Positions 38,688-47,759 of a stretch of DNA of 64,000 bases are shown one piece after another; the first letter of the stretch is position 1; every line of letters starts with the position of its first letter. Made by a program: the position numbers and the translations under genes. This DNA comes from Mobula hypostoma (Eukaryota), in NCBI RefSeq assembly GCF_963921235.1, contig NC_086097.1, forward strand, positions 112,408,001 to 112,472,000. The letters are read 5' to 3'. Under the pieces are notes generated by a model, which did not search any database, had not been told where the DNA came from, and saw only the letters and a list, made by a program, of their open reading frames with translations.

Positions 38688-40310
38688 AACATAGAAACAT
38701 AGAAACATAGAAAATAAGTGCAGGAGTAGGCCATTCGGCCCTTCGAGCCTGCACCGCCATTTATTATGATCATGGCTGATCATCCAACTCAGAACCCCGC
38801 CCCAGCCTTCCCTCCATACCCCCTGACCCCTGTAGCCACAAGGGCCATATCTAACTCCCTCTTAAACATAGCCAATGAACTGGCCTCAACAGTTTCCTGT
38901 GGCAGAGAATTCCACAGATTCACCACTCTCTGTGTGAAGAAGTTTTTCCTAATCTCGGTCCTAAAAGGCTTCCCCTCTATCCTCAAACTGTGACCCCTCG
39001 TTCTGGACTTCCCCAACATCGGGAACAATCTTCCTGCATCTAGCCTGTCCAAACCCTTTAGGATATTATATGTTTCAATCAGATCCCCCCTCTATCTTCT
39101 AAATTCCAACGAGTACAAGCCCAGTTCATCCAGTCTTTCTTCATATGAAAGTCCTGCCATCCCAGGAATCAATCTGGTGAACCTTCTTTGTACTCCCTCT
39201 AAGGCAAGAATGTCTTTCCTCAGATTAGGGGACCAAAACTGCACACAATACTCCAGGTGTGGTCTCACCAAGGCCTTGTACAACTGCAGTAGTACCTCCC
39301 TGCTCCTGTACTAGAATCCTCTTGCTATAAATGCCAGCATACCATTCGCCTTTTTCACCGCCTGCTGTACCTGCATGCCCACTTTCAATGACTGGTGTAT
39401 AATGACACCCAGGTCTCGTTGCACCTCCCCTTTTCCTAATCGGCCACCATTCAGATAATAATCTATTTTCCTATTTTTGCCACCAAAATGGATAACTTCA
39501 CATTTATCCACATTAAATTGCATCTGCCATGAATTTGCCCACTCACCCAACCTATCCAAGTCACCCTGCATCCTCTTAGCATCCTCCTCACTGCTAACAC
39601 TGCCACCCAGCTTCGTGTCATCCGCAAACTTGGAGATGCTGCATTTAATTCCCTCATCCAAGTCATTAATATATATTGTAAACAACTGGGGTCCCAGCAC
39701 TGAGCCTTGCGGTACCCCACTAGTCACTGCCTGCCATTCTGAAAAGGTCCCGTTTATTCCCATTCTTTGCTTCCTGTCTGCTAACCAATTCTCCACCCAC
39801 ACCAATACCTTACCCCCAATACCGTGTGCTTTAAGTTTGCACACTAATCTCCTGTGTGGGACCTTGTCAAAAGCCTTTTGAAAATCCAAATATACAACAT
39901 CCACTGGTTCTCCCCTATCCACTCTACTAGTTATATCCTCAAAAAATTCTATGAGATTCGTCAGACATGATTTTCCTTTCACAAATCCATGCTGACTTTG
40001 TCCGATCATTTCACCGCTTTCCAAATGTGCTGTTATCACATCCTTGATAACTGACTCCAGCAGTTTCTCCACCACCGACGTTAGGCTAACCGGTCTATAA
40101 TTCCCCGGTTTCTCTCTCCCTCCTTTTTTAAAAAGTGGGGTGACATTAGCCACCCTCCAATTCTCAGGAACTAGTCCAGAATCTAACGAGTTTTGAAAAA
40201 TTATCACTAATGCATCCACTATTTCTTGGGCTACTTCCTTAAGCACTCTGGGATGCAGACCATCTGGCCCTGGGGATTTATCTGCCTTCAATTCCTTCAA
40301 TTTACCTAAC
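38688..40310 (-). mobile_element. Young CR1, 5'-truncated, inserted in the Nimb element
   Basis: ORF 39311..40312(-) RT; tail (catagaaa)n at 38690-38713; same TAG as the 6.7-kb copy, here at 39092-39094. Confidence 0.97.
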
Positions 40311-40766
40311 AATTGGAAAGTGTGAGAAAATTTTAAATATTATGAGAAGTATTGCTGGATGCGACTGGGGAGCAAGGTGGGAAACTATGTACTTAATATA
40401 TCTAGCTATGATTAGATCAGTTATAGATTATGGTTGTATTGTTTATGGTTCCGCTGCTATGGCAGTGCTTGGAAAACTAGACACTGTGCAGTCCAAAGCA
40501 CTTAGACTCTGTTGTGGAGCTTTTAGAACAACATCAGTCCCAGCATTATGTGTGGAGATGGGAGTTAAGACGAATTTAAGACAAATTCAGTTGGACCTGC
40601 AGTATTGGGTAAAACTAAATGGATTCAGTCACAGCTGTCCATCAAAGTGTCTTTTGCAGGGGAAGTCGGAGCACCAAAGTAAAATTAAAAGATACCCATT
40701 TTTAGATTTGGTTAATAACTGGGCTGTGAAATTGAAACTGACTGAGGAAGACATAGTTGACCAAAT

Positions 40767-41387
40767 TTGCTTGCCACCCATCCCTTTTTGGCTCTTTCCA
40801 GAACCAGAAGCAGACCTATTCCTCCTTTTTCAGCTTCAGGGAAGCATGCAATTTCATCAGCGTTGATCACAAATGAATATTTAAATAATAAATGGGAATC
40901 TTATCTGAAGATTTTTACTGATGGCTCAGTGGACCCAGAGAGCAGTAGGGCAGGATTTGGGATGTATGTGCCTCAACTTGGAGTTAATATTGGTCACCGG
41001 GTTTCAGATGGTGTTTCTGTCTTTGCAACAGAATTATTAGCAATCCTCTGGGCCTTATGGTGGATAGAAGACTCTCGACCACGTAGGGTTATCATCTGTT
41101 CGGATTCTGCTGCTGCCTTCAAGTCTATAAAAGGGAGTAAATCAAAAGCTCGTCCTGACATAGTTATTGAGATTCTCTTAGTGTTGTTTAGAGTAGGGAA
41201 GATGGGTTGTGCAGTTAGACTTTCATGGATATCTGGGCATGCTGGGGTGGAGGGAAATGAAATTGTGGATGGCATTGCAAAGTCTTTCTTACCGAGCAGG
41301 CAAGTAGAAATTAGAGTTCCCCTAGGCAGAGCAGAATTGAGAAGTAGGATTAAAAAAGGTATAGAGAAGAAGTGGCAGGAGGATTGA
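40767..41387 (+). pseudogene. RNase H domain of the I/Nimb-clade ORF2
   Basis: Catalytic D-E-D-D residues in KIFTDGS, ATEL, CSDS and GNEIVD; frameshifted from ORF 40342..40866. Confidence 0.88.
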
Positions 41388-41609
41388 AAAAATGAATAAA
41401 GGGGCAAGCATTATTTTTCTAGTCACCCACTAGTTAAAAAGGTCGCAGACTGTTACCTTTTAAGTCGTAGAGATATGGTGAAATTAACAAGACTTAGGTT
41501 GGGGCATTGGGGGCTAAACTATTATTTAAAGATAATAGGAAAACATCCTACTGGATTATGTGACTGTGGTAGTCCAGAGACAGTGCAGCATGTTTTGCTG
41601 AGCTGTAAT

Positions 41610-42253
41610 CATAGAAACATAGAAACATAGAAAATAGGTGCAGGAGTAGGCCATTCGGCCCTTCGAGCCTGCACCGCCATTTATTATGATCATGGCTGAT
41701 CATCCAACTCAGAACCCAGCCTTCCCTCCATACCCCCTGACCCCTGTAGCCACAAGGGCCATATCTAACTCCCTCTTAAACATAGCCAATGAACTGGCCT
41801 CAACAGTTTGCTGTGGCAGAGAATTCCACAGATTCACCACCCTCTGTGTGAAGAAGTTTTTCCTAATCTCGGTCCTAAAAGGCTTCCCCTCTATCCTCAA
41901 ACTGTGACCCCTCGTTCTGGACCTCCCCAACATCGGGAACAATCTTCCCGCATCTAGCCTGTCCAATCCCTTTAGGATCTTATACGTTTCAATCAGTTCC
42001 CCCCTCAATCTTCTAAATTCCAACGAGTACAAGCCCAGTTCATCCAGTCTTTCTTCATATGAAAGACCTGCCATCCCAGGAATCAATCTGGTGAACCTTC
42101 TTTGTACTCCCTCTATGGCAAAGATGTCTTTCCTCAGATTAGGGGACCAAAACTGCACACAATACTCCAGGTGTGGTCTCACCAAGGCCTTGTACAACTG
42201 CAGTAGTACCTCCCTGCTCCTGTACTCGAATCCTCTCGCTATAAATGCCAGCA
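41610..42253 (-). mobile_element. Young CR1 3' fragment inserted in the Nimb element
   Basis: ORF 41709..42254(-) is open to the natural stop; tail (catagaaa)n. Confidence 0.97.
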
Positions 42254-43714
42254 TTGTTCAAGAGGCTATCTGGCTTAAATTTATTTTGGTTTTCTATTAA
42301 ATCTTTGTTTGGCCATCAAGAGAATCAACATCTAATTGAAGAGTCTATCATTCAGTTTATACGTGAGACTAGGTTGTATTCGAGAATTTGAGTTCCTTGA
42401 TGTTCTATAATTAATTATATATCCTGCGGAGGGCTGTAATACGCCTAGATGCGTCTAAACAGCCGGAAATAGAAGAAGAACACTACAACTATTTTTTTCT
42501 GACCAGTCATTGTAGGAGCAGAAAGTTGAGGCTTTGGTGTGAGGAGGCACAGGTAAACTTTTGTTTTGCTGTAATCCTTAGTATTTGATTCAGTGTAAAC
42601 TGGATAGTGTTTAGGACAGTGGATGCTTCTTCAAAATCTGAGAGTCAGATAACCTTATGGTCTCCCTGATTACTACATTTGTAGGAAGTTCACCCAGCTG
42701 CAGCTCCTGAGAAACTGCCCAGGGACTGGGAATGGAACTGGAAGTGGAATTTGAATATACTCTAGAATATCTGAGAACATAATGGGTGAGATTTTTACTG
42801 AGTTAGTCATATCCATGGCACAAGTTTCAGATAGATTGGTGACCACTTGAAAAATTAAGAGAAGTGGGCAATTAATGCAAAGTTCCACTGAGGACATTTC
42901 CTGTACTAATAGGTATATTTCTAAAGATACAAGCAAATATGATATGGGTAGAACAAGGGATGAGTTCCTGCAGATTCAGTATAGGGAGTTAAGTAAGAAG
43001 TTAAGAAGCAGGACTGAAAGGAGTAATCCACTGGTCACTACCCAGTTGCTATGTGTTAGTGAGGTCTGAAATAGAGGGATAAGCCAGTTGAGTTTGTGAT
43101 TGAGGAGCTGGTGCTGGGACACCAGACAGGACCAACATCCTTGCCGGGAAATTTGCTAATGCTGCATGGGAGAGCTTAAACTAGTACTGCAGGCTGGCGA
43201 GACTCTGAACAGGAGCAAGTCATGAGATAAAACGGTAGCCAATTGTAATTGGGTTAGACAGCTTTAGAGTACTAGCAGAGAAATGAATGCCCAGTTAAAC
43301 TGAATTTTGTTTCACCTGAAAAGGTTTAACATGCAAGGAAGCTGAGCTTGAAGTGTGGGCTGGCCCAGAGAACTGTTGTAGCCAGAAAAGAAGCATGGCT
43401 GAGAGAAGGACAGAATTAGCAATTCATTTTCCCAGGTGTAGACACTGCAGGTATGACAGTGATACAGGTAAACAGGAAGGACTGTTGCCTTTTTAATGAG
43501 GGAGAAGATAACAGCAGAGGTTAGAGACACATCCTTGTGAGATCATCCAATGTGCTTCCAAGAACTTGGAACTAGAACTTGGTAACAAGGGAGGATCGCT
43601 CTGGTAGACCCCACCACACCTGAATAGTCATGGAAACTTGAGCTAGTGTGAGGAGAAAATGGTCATAATTGTAAAAATAAGAGATGCATTAGTGGGAGAT
43701 TTTAATTTCCCCTA

Positions 43715-43995
43715 CTATTTAAAGATAGTGTGGAGAAGGCCCACCTGGTCCAACAAGCTGCAATGCCCAGCAACTCACCTATTTAACATTAGTCTAATCA
43801 CAGAACAAGCTACAATGATCAACTAACCTACTAACCAGTATATCTTTGGACTGTGGGAGGAAACCATAGCACCTGGAGGAATACCTCGAGTTCACAGAAG
43901 GAATGTACAAACTACTTACAGGCGGTGCCTGAATTGAATTCTAAACTCTGGAACACCCTGAGCTGTAAGTGTTGTGCTAACTGCTATGCTGTTGC
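43715..43995 (-). mobile_element. V-SINE-like element
   Basis: 'tctttggactgtgggaggaaaccatagcacc' is the reverse complement of the V-domain seen at 51720-51770. Confidence 0.7.
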
Positions 43996-44859
43996 CTAGA
44001 CTACACGGAGTGCTAAGAGCTTGGATGGGATGGAATTTATGAAGTGTGGCCATGAAGGTTTCCTGACTCTATATATAGAGGCCCTTAATTGAGAATTTTA
44101 GAATATTGGACCTTGAGGAACAAGATGGAACCTACAATGGAAGTGGCAGTCAGGGAGGGCTTTAGCTCTAATGACCACAATCTGATAGCTTTAAGAACAT
44201 GATGGAAAAGGGTTGGACAGATGCAGAAGTTAGGGTCCAAATCTAGAGTGGGTCTAATTTTGCAGGAATCAGGCAGAATTCAGCCGAGGTCAACTTGGAC
44301 TGAATGGCAAGTAGGAGGATTTTAGGAGTGTGGTATTAAAAGTCCAGTAGTAGCCATTTCTTTTTGAGGTGAAGGTCAAACCTGGTAAATTTAGGGAACC
44401 ATGGCTGACAAGGAATATTAAGGCTCCAGAGATTTATTTTCTGTCTTGCACTGCATTCAGATGCCTAAAACCCCGGGATTTCACCAAATGTGTTTTGGCT
44501 TTGTGGGAGGCCAGGGAAATTGCAGAGGCTCTTGTAGAGGTATTTGCTTCATTGTTGATCACTGGTCAAATTCCTAAGGATGGGAAAGTGGCTAATGTTC
44601 TTGTTTAAGAAGGGTAGCAAGCACATTTCAGGGAACTAGTAAGCCTGACATTAGTTGGGCAGGTATTGAAGGGAATTCTGAGGGACAGATCTACCAGCAT
44701 ATAGATACATTCTGATTAGAAGGGATCTGTATGACTTTGTGCAGAAGTTGTGTTTGATAAAGCTTTTTTAAGTAACTAGAATGTATGAGGGCAAGGCAGT
44801 GGATGTTGTCTATCTAGACTTTGCTAGGCTTTTAAGGTCTTATGGTTCCTTAAGCTTGT

Positions 44860-46345
44860 TATAGCTGGGGTGGTAATGGGATAAGCTACTGCTTCCTATC
44901 AAATGTTCCCAAATAGTACCTCAAATAGCCGCTGACAAGTCCAACTCCTGCCCTGCATGTGTGATTTAACTACTAAATGCAGCAAAATTTTCTACTGAAA
45001 GGAGGAGCAAAGTTGGGTTACTGACACCTTAACCAGTGATTTCAAGCAGATGGGGCAATCAGTCATGGTTAGTGGCTCATTGAGGAGAAAGAAAACTGAT
45101 CTCAAACTTCCATTGCCTTGCGGTTACATCCATTGATGGGGAAGTCTTTGAGATTAAACCCCATAGAAAAATCTGGACCTGGAGTCTCTAAGGGAGTTGT
45201 ACATTGAGTTCAACGCTGATTGGTAACTCCTGTGATTCAACCCGTGCCAAGCAGTATCAACCTCTGCCACTCCTTTGGATTCATCAGCTTTGTGGAGAGA
45301 AGGAGCCTGCAGCACTGGGTCTCCACAGGGGACTGTCTTGTCTCCCTTTCTCTTCACCATTTACACCTCGGACTTCAACTACTGCACAGAGTCTTGTCAT
45401 CTTCAGAAGTTTTCGGATGACTCTGCCATAGTTGGATGTATCAGCAAGGGAGATGAGGCTGAGCACAGGGCTACGGTAGGAAACTTTGTCACATGGTGTG
45501 AACAGAATTATCTGCAGCTTAATGTGAAAAAGACTAAGGAGCTGGTGGTAGACCTGAGGAGAGCTAAGGTACCGGTGACCCCTGTTTCCATCCAGGGTGG
45601 GCAGTGTGGAGGATTACAAATACCTGGGGATACGAATTGACAATAAACTGGACTGGTCAAAGGACACTGAGGCTGTCTACAAGAAGGGTCAGAGCCGTCT
45701 CTATTTCCTGAGGAGACTGAGGTCCTTTAACGTCTGCCGGACGATGCTGAGGATGTTCTACGAGTCTGTGGTGGCCAGTGCTATCATGTTTGCTGTTGTG
45801 TGCTGGGGCAGCAGGCTGAGAGTAGCAGACACCATCAGAATCAACAAACTCATTCATAAGGCCAGTGGTGTTGTGGGGATGGAACTGGACTCTCTCACGG
45901 TGGTGTCTGAAAAGAGGATGCTGTCTAAGTTGCATGCCATCTTGGTCAATGTCTCCCATCCACTACATAATGTACTGGGTGGGCACAGGAGTACATTCAG
46001 CCAGAGACTCATTCCACCCAGATGCAGCACAAAGCGACATAGGAAGTCATTCCTGCCTGTGGCCATCAAACTTTACAACTCCTCCCTTGAGGGGTCAGAC
46101 ACCCTGAGCCAATAGGCTGGTCCTGGACTTATTTCCTGGCATAATTTACATATTATTATTTAACTATTTATGGATCTATTACTATTTATTATTTATGGTG
46201 CAACTGTAATGAAAATGAATTTCCCCCAGGATCGATAAAGTATGACTATGACTATGCATACTCCATATCGTGTTATTCTGGCTTGCGTATCATGTAGACG
46301 GTTGGGACACAATAGCATGGTCAATCCTAACCAGTAGAGGGCCTC
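44860..46345 (+). mobile_element. RTE-like non-autonomous element, interrupted by Rex1
   Basis: Non-CR1 sequence splitting the CR1 RT between 'AFKVL' (~44840) and 'ggtctcatggtgggctggtctggaa' (~46348). Family assignment is inference. Confidence 0.5.
45308..46256 (+). mobile_element. Rex1/Babar LINE, 5'-truncated, young
   Basis: STGSPQGTVLSPFLFTIYTSDF, QKFSDDSA, YKYLG, RLYFLRRLRSF, SHPLH, SFLPVAIKLYN; (tatgac)n tail; one frameshift ~45600. Confidence 0.92.
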
Positions 46346-46784
46346 AGGGTCTCATGGTGGGCTGGTCTGGAAAACTAGGACATGTGGAATCTGCAGAGCG
46401 CTAAATGGGTAATTCAAAATTGACCCGGTGGTGATGGATCAGGGTTGTTTCTCAGAATGGCGGCCAGTAACTAGTATGCCACAGCAGTCAGTGTTCGGGC
46501 ACTTATTCTTTTACAAAGGATTGCATGCAAATCTTAAGGCTTGATCAATTCGATGATGTAATTGAATTTGGTGTTGATGATGAAGATGATCATAGTATTT
46601 ATTTGCTATCCTTGCCACCAGCTAGAAATCGCAGAGGTTTACCAGCACTATCTTAAACCAGAGTAACATCCCTTTAATTAAAAACAAAAACAACAGGAAT
46701 TCTGCAGATGCTGGAAATTCAAGCAACATACATCAAAGTTGCTGGTGAACGCAGCAGGCCAAGCAGCATCTATAGGAAGAGGCG

Positions 46785-46822
46785 CAGTCGACGTTTCAGG
46801 CCGAGACCCTTCGTCAGGACTA
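46785..46822 (-). ncRNA. Minimal type I hammerhead ribozyme motif (mirror copy)
   Basis: Exact reverse complement of 47004-47041. Confidence 0.75.
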
Positions 46823-47003
46823 ACTGGGATCCTTAGAAGGTCCAAATTGAGAGGCTTGGAATCGAATCCTAAAGCCAACTGGAGTAAGTTGGTGACGGAG
46901 GCACGTTCCAAAAAAGGATATATGGCTGTGACATCAACTTACTCCAGTTGGCTTTAGGATTCGTTTCCAAGCCTCTCAATTTGGACCTTCTGAGGATCCC
47001 AGT

Positions 47004-47041
47004 TAGTCCTGACGAAGGGTCTCGGCCTGAAACGTCGACTG
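47004..47041 (+). ncRNA. Minimal type I hammerhead ribozyme motif
   Basis: tagtc-CTGACGA-a-gggt(ctcg)gcct-GAAA-C-GTC^-gactg; helix III is replaced by palindromic ACGT, as in PLE hammerheads. Confidence 0.75.
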
Positions 47042-47184
47042 CGCCTCTTCCTATAGATGCTGCTTGGCCTGCTGCGTTCACCAGCAACTTTGATGTATGT
47101 TGCATCCCTTTAATTAATTTGTGTTAACCCCGCTTTTTCTGGCAAACGATCATCACAAGTAATAGTCTGTACCTTCCTTTTGGA

Positions 47185-47755
47185 CTTGGAGACAATTCAA
47201 TGTGACAGAACTGGGGCGAGGCGATGGGCCCGTCACCGTGAGCATGGAAAAGCATGAAAGGTCGGGCACAGGCCGATTCGAAGCCGCTGGCTCCAGGTGC
47301 CAGACGTAACTGAGCACGATGTGTGGACGGGGATTTACAGGCCGAATCAAAGTGGCGAAGTCTGGCTATCCAAGTGGCAGAACCCGTTGTTTGGACGGAG
47401 AGTTAAGCGTTGGGCCAGAATGAAGAGGTCAGGGTCTCGGGATCCGTGGGCCTATTAAGATCGCTACTCCATGACGTTTACTCGGCTCTGTACAGAACTA
47501 TGGGTCTCGGACCACCTTGTGGACTTTAGTTCACACACGTTATTTGCTTGCATTTACTGTTTGTATGTTTTTTTTGCACATTAGGTGATGAACAGTCTTT
47601 TTATTCTTCTGGATATGATGTGTTTTTTTACTCTCTACACATAGGCTTTTCATGTATGAGTTTGCCTTTGGGTTTTGTTTCCTGGCTACTTGTTAGGAGA
47701 CCAAGCTGAAGGTTGTATAATGTATACATTGATAATAAATGTATTTTGAAATTTG
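47185..47755 (+). mobile_element. CpG-rich non-autonomous element with a LINE-type tail
   Basis: CpG-rich 5' part; 3' tail 'gaaggttgtata...ataataaatgtattttgaaatttga' shared with 15970-16240. Confidence 0.5.
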
Positions 47756-47759
47756 ACCT

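Larger units (their letters stand above)
38579..42478 (+). mobile_element. 5'-truncated I/Nimb-clade LINE (RT C-terminus, RNase H, CCHC finger), interrupted by two young CR1s
   Basis: 14-bp TSD aacactacaactat at 38565-38578 and 42479-42492; GVWFDERLTWRVHIDK; IDYGCIVYGSA; RNase H FTDGS..ELLAI..SDS..WISGHAGVEGNE; CDCGSPETVQHVLLSC; (AGA)n tail. Confidence 0.9.
38330..46580 (+). mobile_element. Old CR1 (5'UTR, ORF1, ORF2 remnants) hosting several later insertions
   Basis: 5'UTR motif 'gagttgaggctttgg' on both sides of the Nimb insertion; ORF1 'PDYYICRKFTQLQLL' ~42665; ORF2 GDFN ~43695, REPWLTRNIK ~44395; RT continues at 46345-46580. Confidence 0.7.
46682..47103 (-). mobile_element. Young palindromic Penelope-type non-autonomous insertion
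   Basis: TSD catccctttaattaa at 46667-46681 and 47103-47117; arms 46723-46891 and 46935-47103 complementary at 167/169; PLE-type 3' tail at 46682-46722. Confidence 0.85.

Noticed and set aside
46678..47105. Mirror-image ORFs on both strands (72-78 aa)
   Set aside because: A trivial consequence of the palindrome; non-ATG or weak starts and no recognisable domain.
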